Shown: one piece after another, positions 1 through 7,944 of the stretch
How the letters are laid out: each line of letters starts with the position of its first letter
How positions within the stretch are numbered: the first letter of the stretch is position 1
NCBI GenBank assembly: GCA_021650915.1
Contig: CP091279.1
Location: forward strand, 1,020,001-1,052,000
DNA length: 32,000 nucleotides
Direction of reading: 5' to 3'
From: Candidatus Brocadia sp.
Lineage (GTDB): Bacteria > Planctomycetota > Brocadiia > Brocadiales > Brocadiaceae
Made by a program: the position numbers and the translations under genes
Notes under the pieces: generated by a model
The model's database searches: none
Told to the model about the DNA's origin: nothing
Seen by the model: the letters and a program-made list of their open reading frames with translations, nothing else

Positions 1-1176
1 TTCTTTCAGCTTTCCATTCCTTATCATATAAGCCTCTTCTGCGCTGAAGGTAAACATTTCCATATTCGTCTGGCCGCCTAATGCGCCAATGGCATAAATA
101 CCGTTGTCAACCTCTGAGAGCATTTTCTCGAAGGCATAGTCGCGGGGTTCCATATAGGTATTTGTCATACGAACTATAGGCGCATGGGCATACCCGATTG
201 CCCGCGCATTACCGGTTGGTTTTTCCTGCATCTTTGCAGCCGTTTCCCGTGAATGGAGGCGGCTCGTCAGGATACCATCTTTGATGAGATGCGTCTTTTG
301 CGTCGGTGTGCCCTCATTATCATATTTATTGTACCCCGCCTCACCCACAAGAGACCCTTCGTCCACGATGGAAAGGGCGTCACTCCCAAAGCGTTTTCCG
401 ATAACCATAATCTCCCGCATCTTCTTGTTTTCATAAATAAAATCGGCCTCACTAAGATGTCCAAATGCTTCATGAATAAAGACACCGCAAAGTTTTGGAT
501 CAACAATAACCGTATATTTACCCCCTACAACCGGCTTCGCCGTGAGCAGGTCAATCGCACGCTTCGCCACTTCCTGACATTTATTTTCCATGTGCCGGAC
601 ATTGTTGAATCCCCGTAAATCACCAACTGAATGGTAGGCCTGCTGCACATTCATGCCGTCCCTGGCCATGGCAAGCAGCGAAATACCGCAAAAAATTGTT
701 TCCTGCACGATAAAACTGCCTTCGGTATTGGCAAAATACACCGTTCCGTGAGAATCGAGATACCGCACATTTGAGGTTTGTATCTGTTTCGACGAGAGAA
801 TGATATTGTTGTAAGTATGACAAAGGGCCTGTTTATCCGTTAACGAGATATCGGCGGGGTCTGTATCCACCTTTGTCTTCACCAAATCATGGATTACCGG
901 CACCGGAGCAAGCAGGCTCTGCTCTTTCCCGACACATTGCGCTTGTTCACAAGCCATTTCTACATAGCGCGGAAGATCCGCTATATCATTAAAGGCTACA
1001 AACCCCCAACCGCCTTTAACCAATGCCCTCACACATCCGCCAAAAGTAGTATTCTCTCCAATATTTTCCAGTTCTTTCCCTACATAGGTAATTCCTGTAT
1101 TAACACCTTCCTGCGCTCTTATTTCAACATAGTCTGCCTTTGCCTCTTTCAGGGCATTTTTTATGAGTTTTTCCAT
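1..1176 (-). CDS. tldD: TldD-family zinc metalloprotease, N-terminal 392 codons; 3' end runs off the left window edge
   Basis: Absent from the ORF track because no stop codon lies inside the window. Manual reverse-strand translation from ATG (1176-1174) gives an uninterrupted frame to position 1: MEKLIKNALKEAKADYVEIRAQEGVNTGITYVGKELENIG...GKYTVIVDPKLCGVFIHEAFGHLSEADFIYENKK...PIVRMTNTYMEPRDYAFEKMLSEVDNGIYAIGALGGQTNMEMFTFSAEEAYMIRNGKLKE. HEAFGH (457-474) is the TldD/PmbA HExxxH site. GAGGA Shine-Dalgarno lies about 10 nt upstream. Confidence 0.85.
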   Translation of the reverse strand, partial: MEKLIKNALKEAKADYVEIRAQEGVNTGITYVGKELENIGENTTFGGCVRALVKGGWGFVAFNDIADLPRYVEMACEQAQCVGKEQSLLAPVPVIHDLVKTKVDTDPADISLTDKQALCHTYNNIILSSKQIQTSNVRYLDSHGTVYFANTEGSFIVQETIFCGISLLAMARDGMNVQQAYHSVGDLRGFNNVRHMENKCQEVAKRAIDLLTAKPVVGGKYTVIVDPKLCGVFIHEAFGHLSEADFIYENKKMREIMVIGKRFGSDALSIVDEGSLVGEAGYNKYDNEGTPTQKTHLIKDGILTSRLHSRETAAKMQEKPTGNARAIGYAHAPIVRMTNTYMEPRDYAFEKMLSEVDNGIYAIGALGGQTNMEMFTFSAEEAYMIRNGKLKE

Positions 1177-1240
1177 GGAAATTCTTCCTCTGCATGATAA
1201 ATCACGTGTTAAAAGCCATCTTTTTTGTCATCCCTATCCA

Positions 1241-3265
1241 TCATCTTATCATCTTTTCAAATGTTTCTTCATCAAGGATAGCGACATCTAACTCTCTGGC
1301 TTTATCGAGTTTGGAGCCAGGATCTTCTCCTACTACAAGATAATTGGTCTTTTTACTTACCTGGGACACGATCCTTCCCCCCTGCTGTTTAATTAGCATC
1401 TCAGCCTCTTTGCGGGAGTGTTTTTGTAAAGTACCGGTAATGATGAAAGATTTGCCGGAAATTTTTGGGTTTTTTTCTGACGATGGAATAGTTTGTCTTC
1501 TGATATTAACACCGGCAGCCTTCAGCTTTTCAAGAATGCCTTGCGTGTGTTTGTCCTGAAAAAACTCAACAATGCTCTTGGCAACTACCGGCCCAATTTC
1601 ATAAATCCCTTCCAGTGCTCCATGCGTTGCATGCGCCAGTGCGTCGAGGGTATCGAAGTGTCCCGCCAAAACTTCTGCCGTATGTGTACCGACATTAGGA
1701 ATTCCCAAGGCACAAATCAAACGATCCAAACCCCGTTGCTTGCTTTCCTCAATGGCACGGATCACGTTTGAAGACGACTTTTCTCCCATCCGTTCTAAAT
1801 CCGTCAACTCCTGATGCTTAAGATGATAAATATCGGCGTAGTCTTTTACTAAACCTTTGTCAACCAATTGCTCAACGAGCGCCGGGCCAAATCCCTCTAT
1901 ATCCATGGCATGGCGGCTTGCAAAGTATATGATGCGCCTTTTCGCCTGTGCCGGGCAAAAAGGATTATGACAGCGCCGGTACACGCCATCTTGCTGAACG
2001 GAACCATTACATTCGGGGCACATTACCGGCTCCTGAAAAGTACGTTCCGTGCCGTCTCGTTTTTCTTTTACTACGGAGACGACCTGAGGAATAATTTCTC
2101 CCGCCTTTTGCACCACGACGTGGTCGCCCACCCGAATATCTTTTCGGGAAATTTCTTCAAAATTATGAAGCGTAGCGCGACTGACCATGGTGCCCGCAAG
2201 GAGCACCGGGGAGAGATTGGCCACGGGCGTTATCGTTCCGGTCTTCCCTACCTGGGTGACGATTTCTTCAATCACAGTAACCGCCCGTTCAGGCTGATAT
2301 TTATAAGAAATCACCCATCGCGGAGCCTTGCTCGTAGCGCCTAATTGTTCATGCAGGGCAAGGGAATTAACCTTGATAACCATACCGTCTACAAGGTAGT
2401 CGAGATCTCTGCGTTTCTTTTCCCAGTCATTACAATACTGAATGACTGCCTCAATGTTTTCACACACACGGGTATGCGGATTTACGGGCAATCCAAAACC
2501 CCGGATCAGTTCCAGGCACTGCAGATGGGTACTGAGTTCACTGTCCTCAACATGGCCAATCGCATAAGCAAAAATGCGCAAACGCCTTTTTGCTGTAATA
2601 CGGGGGTCGAGCAATTTCAGGGTGCCAGCCGCAGCGTTCCTGGGATTGGCGAATTGCGGTTCACCAGACTCTTCCCGTGCCTCATTCAGTCTCTGAAATT
2701 CCCTGTTAGGCAGATAAATTTCTCCCCTGATTTCTACAACGGAAGGGATTTTCTGACTTCTGTCAACAGATTCCAATTTCAAAGGTATTTGCCGGATGGT
2801 CCTTAAGTTTGCCGTTACATCATCACCCGTAAAGCCATCCCCCCTGGTAGCCCCCCATACAAACAGACCCTTTTCGTACCAAAGCGTGATAGCAACTCCA
2901 TCGATCTTTAACTCAACAACATATTCAACATCCCGATGAACGTCAATACCTGTCATGCGCTTTATGCGCTGGTCAAATTCTTTCAACTCCGCATCTGAGT
3001 ACGTATTGTCAATGCTCAGCATGGGGATTCTATGGTTAATCGCAGAAAACTGCGTAAGGGGCTCACCCCCCACACGCTGGGTGGGAGAATCAGGCGTAAT
3101 AAGGTGCGGATGCGCCTTTTCGAGTTGCTGTAATTCTTTTATGAGCTGATCATATTCGTAGTCAGTAATCTCTGGGTTATTTTCTACATAATACTTTTTG
3201 TCATGGCGTCGTATTGTATCGCGAAGCCGTTCGATATTTTCATTAATAGCTATCATAGAGAGCAT
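1241..3265 (-). CDS. ligA: NAD+-dependent DNA ligase LigA
   Basis: 674-aa ORF. KxDG adenylation site (VELKIDGVAI), Cys4 zinc finger (CPECNGSV...CHNPFCPAQ), HhH region and C-terminal BRCT (GKSFIITGTL...LVVGEDPGSKLDKA). The start could be Met4 instead; no clear SD for either. Confidence 0.97.
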   Translation of the reverse strand: MLSMIAINENIERLRDTIRRHDKKYYVENNPEITDYEYDQLIKELQQLEKAHPHLITPDSPTQRVGGEPLTQFSAINHRIPMLSIDNTYSDAELKEFDQRIKRMTGIDVHRDVEYVVELKIDGVAITLWYEKGLFVWGATRGDGFTGDDVTANLRTIRQIPLKLESVDRSQKIPSVVEIRGEIYLPNREFQRLNEAREESGEPQFANPRNAAAGTLKLLDPRITAKRRLRIFAYAIGHVEDSELSTHLQCLELIRGFGLPVNPHTRVCENIEAVIQYCNDWEKKRRDLDYLVDGMVIKVNSLALHEQLGATSKAPRWVISYKYQPERAVTVIEEIVTQVGKTGTITPVANLSPVLLAGTMVSRATLHNFEEISRKDIRVGDHVVVQKAGEIIPQVVSVVKEKRDGTERTFQEPVMCPECNGSVQQDGVYRRCHNPFCPAQAKRRIIYFASRHAMDIEGFGPALVEQLVDKGLVKDYADIYHLKHQELTDLERMGEKSSSNVIRAIEESKQRGLDRLICALGIPNVGTHTAEVLAGHFDTLDALAHATHGALEGIYEIGPVVAKSIVEFFQDKHTQGILEKLKAAGVNIRRQTIPSSEKNPKISGKSFIITGTLQKHSRKEAEMLIKQQGGRIVSQVSKKTNYLVVGEDPGSKLDKARELDVAILDEETFEKMIR

Positions 3266-3442
3266 GCAACATAGTCATTCATCAGATGTCTTTATAAACC
3301 ACCGTGGCTTACTCAGGAATACAAAATGTTCATTTTTTAGACACTCAAATTTTTTTCTATCATTCCCACAAATTTCGCACGAATTCAGTATATCAAAATT
3401 TATACCTCTGTCAACGATTTATGTTTTAAAGATATAAAGCAC

Positions 3443-3471
3443 TTGACTTTATCGTGTTTTTGATATAGAAT
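3443..3471 (+). promoter_or_regulatory. sigma-70-like promoter TTGACT-N17-TAGAAT upstream of the SPOR-like gene
   Basis: TTGACT at 3443-3448, 17-nt spacer, TAGAAT at 3466-3471, about 90 nt upstream of ATG 3562. Sequence match only. Confidence 0.5.
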
Positions 3472-3561
3472 GAATACCATAAACGATCTTTTCGTATAAC
3501 TCCCGCAACAACAAATTCTTATGAATTCTATAAATCATCCCAACCATGGAGTGGAACATTT

Positions 3562-4383
3562 ATGACAAAAGGAAGTGATTCGAGGGAGTTTTTTGAGATA
3601 TTTAAACCGATGCAAAAGGCAGAGGATGTACAAAAGAATGAAGTTAAATCACAGGAAGAACCAACGGAAGTGAGCCATCAGCCTAAACCGGTTACCCCGA
3701 ATGAGAAAACTGCTGACAAAGCTGCTTCAACTGCAGACCCGTTGGGATGGATTAAAAAAACAAGTGGAGAAGAGCCGTTTCTGAAGGAAAGCAGGAAAGA
3801 GACACAACCCGTTTTTACCCATGGAAAAGAAGACCGTCCCTTGCGCAAAGATGAGGTGGTATTAAGACAGGAAACCCTTATCATTGGGGCTATTGCAGCA
3901 ACTTTTCTCTCAATCGCATGTTTTTTCATTGGACACAAAGTCGGCTATAACAAAGGCATCTTGAGTCAGGCAGAAGAGTGGTTGGAGACAATAGAACCCC
4001 AGGAGGCAAAAAAGCCCGTATTTAAACAATCAATCCCCGAAAATATCCCAGAAAAGACCGTAGCGAAGCCTGCCCCACCCCAGACAGAGAAACAGAATGA
4101 ACAACCGAAACCGATTATCAAAGATACCTGGACTTTGCGCGTCGTTTCTTATAAGAATACCAAAGAAAATTTGGAAAAGGCAAAAGCCATGGCAAAAACA
4201 ATCCAGGAAGTTGTTAACCATGATGCGTTTATTGTCAATAGTGGTAAGGAAATTTTCATTTGTGTCGGTGAGTTTGAGGAAGTTGATAGCGCCGATTTAC
4301 TTGCTGCACAAAAGACTCTTGCCGAGTTTAAGTATCAAAACAAGAGACAATTTGAGGGATGTTATCCCGTCCGTATGAGATAG
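3562..4383 (+). CDS. Bitopic membrane protein with C-terminal SPOR-like (peptidoglycan-binding) domain
   Basis: 273 aa. Charged N-terminus, one TM helix (LIIGAIAATFLSIACFFIGH), Pro/Glu/Lys-rich linker. C-terminal ~85 aa (from W190, nt 4129) fit the SPOR pattern: WTLRVVSYKNTKENLEKAKAMAKTI...AFIV..GKEIFICVGEFEEVDSADLLAAQKTL. GGAG SD before the ATG. Confidence 0.6.
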   Translation: MTKGSDSREFFEIFKPMQKAEDVQKNEVKSQEEPTEVSHQPKPVTPNEKTADKAASTADPLGWIKKTSGEEPFLKESRKETQPVFTHGKEDRPLRKDEVVLRQETLIIGAIAATFLSIACFFIGHKVGYNKGILSQAEEWLETIEPQEAKKPVFKQSIPENIPEKTVAKPAPPQTEKQNEQPKPIIKDTWTLRVVSYKNTKENLEKAKAMAKTIQEVVNHDAFIVNSGKEIFICVGEFEEVDSADLLAAQKTLAEFKYQNKRQFEGCYPVRMR

Positions 4384-4398
4384 AACTAAGGAGGAAAT

Positions 4399-4680
4399 AT
4401 GAGCGTTGATAAAAGTTTAAAACTGAAGGGTAAGTTGGTAAGGCCCAGGAATGTATTTACCAGAACTGAGCGTATCAAGTTACTTAAAGGAGAGGGAAAA
4501 TGGAATCCGACAATGTCGGTATTTGGTATTCCCAAAGTAAAAACCGTTAAGATAAAACGAAAGGCAAAGTCAGAGAAAAAGGAGGCTAAAGCAGAGGCAA
4601 CAACAGGTGCTGCAGCAACGCCATCAACTCCTGGCAGCGCACCAGCTTCAGCTACCGCCAAGGAAAAGGCCAAAAAATGA
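4399..4680 (+). CDS. Small basic protein (PVC-type small basic protein family, from memory) with Ala/Lys/Thr/Pro-rich tail
   Basis: 93 aa, very basic. Strong SD AAGGAGG 6-7 nt upstream. Core KSLKLKGKLVRPRNVFTRTERIKLLKGEGKWNPTMSVFGIPKVK matches my recollection of the family annotated as small basic protein in Planctomycetes/Verrucomicrobia/Chlamydiae. The antisense ORF 4386-4691 is judged spurious. Confidence 0.7.
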   Translation: MSVDKSLKLKGKLVRPRNVFTRTERIKLLKGEGKWNPTMSVFGIPKVKTVKIKRKAKSEKKEAKAEATTGAAATPSTPGSAPASATAKEKAKK

Positions 4681-5777
4681 TGATCGCTCACAGGATGTCG
4701 AAGATCGACTCCTCAGGAATCAGAAAGGTCTTTGATCTGGCGCAAAAAATGCAAAATCCGGTGAACCTTAGTATAGGCCAGCCGGATTTTGATGTTCCTG
4801 AAGAGATTAAAACGGAGGCTGTAAAGGCCATTAAAGATGGCATGAATAAATATACCACTACACAGGGTATACCAGAGCTCCGCGATGGGTTACGCAAACG
4901 ACTCCGGGAAAAACGGGGTGTAACAGCAGAAAACATCATGATCACTTCCGGTGTCTCCGGAGCACTGACACTGGCTTTTATGGTGCTGGTCAACCCGGAG
5001 GACGAGGTACTCATACCAGATCCCGCCTTTGTGAGTTACAAACATTTAGCCAGTTTCTGCGGAGGCAGGCCCGTTTTTGTGGACACCTACCCCGATTTTC
5101 AATTAACGGCTGCACGCATCCAGCCCCACATCACCAAAAAAACAAAGGCCATTATCATAAATAGCCCTGCCAACCCAACAGGGGTAATGTGCACCGGCCA
5201 GGATATAAAAGAAATTGCAGAACTCGCACGAAGGCACAACCTCGTTGTTATCTCGGACGAAATTTACCACGAGTACGATTATCATCATGAGTTTGAGAGT
5301 ATTGGCAAATACTACGAAAACACCCTGATCCTGGATGGTTTTTCCAAATCATTCGCGATGACCGGCTGGCGCATGGGATATGCAACGGGACCTGCCGGTA
5401 TAATCGGCGAAATGATCAAACTTCAACAGTATACCTTTGTCTGCGCACCTTCCTTTGCACAGCACGCCCTCTCCCGATCCTTGGAAACGGATTTAAGCAC
5501 ATACAGGGTGAGCTACAAGAAGAAGAGGGATTTAATGTATGAGGGATTAAAGGATAAATTCCTGATAGTAAAACCGGGTGGCGCTTTTTACTTCTTTCCT
5601 CAGGTACCCTGGGGCACCGACGAAGAGTTTGTAACAGCCGCCATCCAAAAAAATCTCCTCGTCATCCCCGGACGTGTCTTCTCCGAACGCCATACCCATT
5701 TCCGCGTCTCTTATGCAGCTTCTGAAGAAACCATCAAGCGTGGCATAGATATCCTCAATAACCTTGCCAAGCGGTAA
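4677..5777 (+). CDS. Class I/II PLP-dependent aminotransferase (aspartate-aminotransferase-like)
   Basis: 366 aa. PLP-lysine motif SKSFAMTGWRMGY, NSPANPTG, N-terminal GQPDF. The start overlaps the upstream stop as ATGA (4677-4680), suggesting translational coupling. Confidence 0.9.
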   Translation: MMIAHRMSKIDSSGIRKVFDLAQKMQNPVNLSIGQPDFDVPEEIKTEAVKAIKDGMNKYTTTQGIPELRDGLRKRLREKRGVTAENIMITSGVSGALTLAFMVLVNPEDEVLIPDPAFVSYKHLASFCGGRPVFVDTYPDFQLTAARIQPHITKKTKAIIINSPANPTGVMCTGQDIKEIAELARRHNLVVISDEIYHEYDYHHEFESIGKYYENTLILDGFSKSFAMTGWRMGYATGPAGIIGEMIKLQQYTFVCAPSFAQHALSRSLETDLSTYRVSYKKKRDLMYEGLKDKFLIVKPGGAFYFFPQVPWGTDEEFVTAAIQKNLLVIPGRVFSERHTHFRVSYAASEETIKRGIDILNNLAKR

Positions 5778-5804
5778 TCTTAAAAATAATTGAATTACTT
5801 ATGA

Positions 5805-5894
5805 GTAGGGTGGATTAAGGCGTTGGTTTTTACGCCGAATCCACCAATACTACTTCCAGGAAAGGTGGATTCGCTCTCGCTTAATCCACCCTAC
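5805..5894. repeat. REP-like palindromic doublet (two inverted GTAG-headed units)
   Basis: Unit 1, plus strand, 5805-5845: GTAGGGTGGATTAAGGCGTTGGTTTTTACGCCGAATCCACC. Unit 2, minus strand, 5894-5864: GTAGGGTGGATTAAGCGAGAGCGAATCCACC. The first 15 nt are identical. Each unit folds GGTGGATT/AATCCACC, and unit 1 has an inner GGCGT/ACGCC stem. 18-nt spacer. Lies between convergent genes. Confidence 0.6.
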
Positions 5895-6072
5895 CGCAAA
5901 CCAGCTTAAATAAAATGAAAATTCCTATACAATCAAGATACGCAATACAGCTTTCTGAGCCAAGTGGTCTGGCGCTTCGCTCAAGACAAAATCCTCCCCT
6001 GAGCATTGCATTTCAAGAGGATATCATATTTTTATACCTCCCAAACTTAAATCTGGCCCGTACAAAACAATC

Positions 6073-7485
6073 CTACGCTCCCCTCCCATAGCGTCTAAAG
6101 TTAGAAACATCCCTTGGCGGCACAAGAGGGTCTTTATAGTATTCCGGATCCATATGGTATTTTTTAATCAACTTGTAGATATCAGCTCTGTAGCGATTCG
6201 CCATTTTCGCGGCAGTAGAAACGTTTCCCTTGCTTACTTTCAAAAGATTTTCCAGATACTCCCGCTCAAACCGTTCCTTGGCATCTTTATAAGAGTTAAA
6301 GGTGTTTTTGATGGCATTGGTACCGGCAAAGAGATCCTCTGTTGCAATGACATTTTTGTTTGCAATGATAACAGCGTGCTCAACCTTACGCTCCAGTTCA
6401 CTAACATTACCGGGCCAATCGTAGATGACCATCCTCTGAATAGCTGCTGGTGTAAATCCGATAATATCTTTCTTGAGTACATCGCAGAATCTCTTTAAGA
6501 AGTACGCGGCCAACAAAGGAATATCGTCCTTCCGTTCGCGCAAAGGAGGAAGACAGACGGGCGCAACATGGATTTTATAAAACAAATCTCTTTGAAACGT
6601 TCCGTTATTTACCGCCTTTTCCAAGTCGATCGCTGAAGCAAAAATGAACCGCACGTCGACCTTAATGGTTTTTGCGCTCCCGACCGGTTTTATCACTCCT
6701 TCCTGGAGCGCTCTGAGAAGTTTTATCTGGAAGGACGGTGAGGTATTTCCAATCTCGTCCAAAAAAATGGTACCGTTATCCGCCTGTGAAATGAGCCCCT
6801 CCTTGCTTCCCTGAGCATTCGCACGGATGCCCCGTACGCAGCCAAAAAGTTCTTCTTCCTGCGACTCCGTCGGAATTGCCCGGAGGTTTGCGATAATAAA
6901 AGGCCCTTGTGACCGATTACTATTGAAATGAATTACTCGTGCAATGAATTCCTTGCCGGTACCGCATTCACCGTAAAGAGACACGTTACACTCCGTTTTG
7001 GCGATCCTGGAGACCTGTTCAAGAACTCTTTCCATCTGCTTTTCCTTACCAATGATTTGCTGGAAGCCGTTTTTTTCGCCAAGCTGACTCCTGAGATGAT
7101 GGACTTCTCTGGCCACATACTGCTTTTCCAGGGCATTTTCTATATGAAACGAAAGATCTTCATTATTAAATGGTTTGGTAATATAGCTGTAAGCCCCTTT
7201 TCTCATAGCCTCAACAGCGCTTTCAATACTCCCGTGAGCCGTTAAGATAATTATGGGAAGATCGGGATGGAATCGGATAATTTCCTCCATAAGTTCTATG
7301 CCGTCTTCTTCAGACAGTCGTAAATCAACGATAGCAAGATGGAAGGAGGTCGTTGATAACGCGGCCTTTGCCTCCCGGCCATCCGTGGCAACCGTGACGT
7401 AATATCCCCATGATTTCAGACGCATCCGAATAACCTCCAGGATATTGGTATCGTCGTCTATAACCAGAATCTTCTCACCTGCCAT
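6073..7485 (-). CDS. NtrC-family response regulator (REC + AAA+ sigma-54-activator domain + Fis-type HTH) with degenerate GAFTGA loop
   Basis: 470 aa. REC (ILVIDDD...AIVDLRLSEEDG...KPF), Walker A GECGTGKE, Walker B IFLDEIG, QRDLFYK, PPLRERKDDI, WPGNVSELE, C-terminal HTH. The position of GAFTGA reads GIRANA (6814-6831). Confidence 0.9.
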   Translation of the reverse strand: MAGEKILVIDDDTNILEVIRMRLKSWGYYVTVATDGREAKAALSTTSFHLAIVDLRLSEEDGIELMEEIIRFHPDLPIIILTAHGSIESAVEAMRKGAYSYITKPFNNEDLSFHIENALEKQYVAREVHHLRSQLGEKNGFQQIIGKEKQMERVLEQVSRIAKTECNVSLYGECGTGKEFIARVIHFNSNRSQGPFIIANLRAIPTESQEEELFGCVRGIRANAQGSKEGLISQADNGTIFLDEIGNTSPSFQIKLLRALQEGVIKPVGSAKTIKVDVRFIFASAIDLEKAVNNGTFQRDLFYKIHVAPVCLPPLRERKDDIPLLAAYFLKRFCDVLKKDIIGFTPAAIQRMVIYDWPGNVSELERKVEHAVIIANKNVIATEDLFAGTNAIKNTFNSYKDAKERFEREYLENLLKVSKGNVSTAAKMANRYRADIYKLIKKYHMDPEYYKDPLVPPRDVSNFRRYGRGA

Positions 7486-7503
7486 AAATCAACACACCTC
7501 AAA

Positions 7504-7944
7504 TTATTTATTGTCATTCTGTGCCCTGGCAGGTGTCGGCTCGGTTTCCCGGGTTCCTGCCGGAACAGGTCTGGGAATGGATTCTGCAATACTATTATCA
7601 ACTTCTTTTTTCTTCTCTTCTACCTGCACGTCAATTTCCCTGAGTTTTTCTATATCACTTTTCAGATCATCAATCGCAACCCTGGCACTCTGCAGTTCAT
7701 CCGCAAGTCTACCGATTTCCTGATCTTTCATCGACAGACGATCCAAGAGATCCGCAATCGTTTTTTCCTTAAAGTGAAGGGCAAGATTGATGTTTTCCAT
7801 TTCTTTGTTTTTTGCATTTAACTCTTTGCGGGCAGAACAGACGCAACCAGTATTATACATAAGTATGGCTGCGAAAAAACAGAGAACACCAGAGTGTTTT
7901 ATCGATACCCTAATCATCATTTCCTTTCCCATAATCTTTTTCAT
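7504..7944 (-). CDS. Exported or membrane-anchored coiled-coil protein (hypothetical)
   Basis: 146 aa. N-terminal hydrophobic segment GVLCFFAAILMYNTGC (non-canonical lipobox), then heptad-like charged sequence (KEMENINLALHFKEKTIADLLDRLSMKDQEIGRLADELQSARVAIDDLKSDIEKLREIDVQVEEKKKE). The ATG overlaps the HK stop as ATGA (7941-7944). It ends 18 nt before the RR start. Confidence 0.7.
   Translation of the reverse strand: MKKIMGKEMMIRVSIKHSGVLCFFAAILMYNTGCVCSARKELNAKNKEMENINLALHFKEKTIADLLDRLSMKDQEIGRLADELQSARVAIDDLKSDIEKLREIDVQVEEKKKEVDNSIAESIPRPVPAGTRETEPTPARAQNDNK

Noticed and set aside
3337-3345. 9-mer TTAGACACT with a T-rich 5' flank, present in three intergenic regions (3337-3345, 17727-17735, 19638-19646)
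   Set aside because: It is suggestive of a binding site. A rough estimate gives a non-negligible chance expectation in AT-rich intergenic DNA, its position relative to promoters is inconsistent, and one copy lies between convergent genes. Worth a genome-wide motif count but not supportable here.
4386-4691. 101-aa minus-strand ORF antisense to the small basic protein gene
   Set aside because: It has an Ala/Val-rich shadow-frame composition and no SD. The plus-strand gene has AAGGAGG and a family-like sequence.
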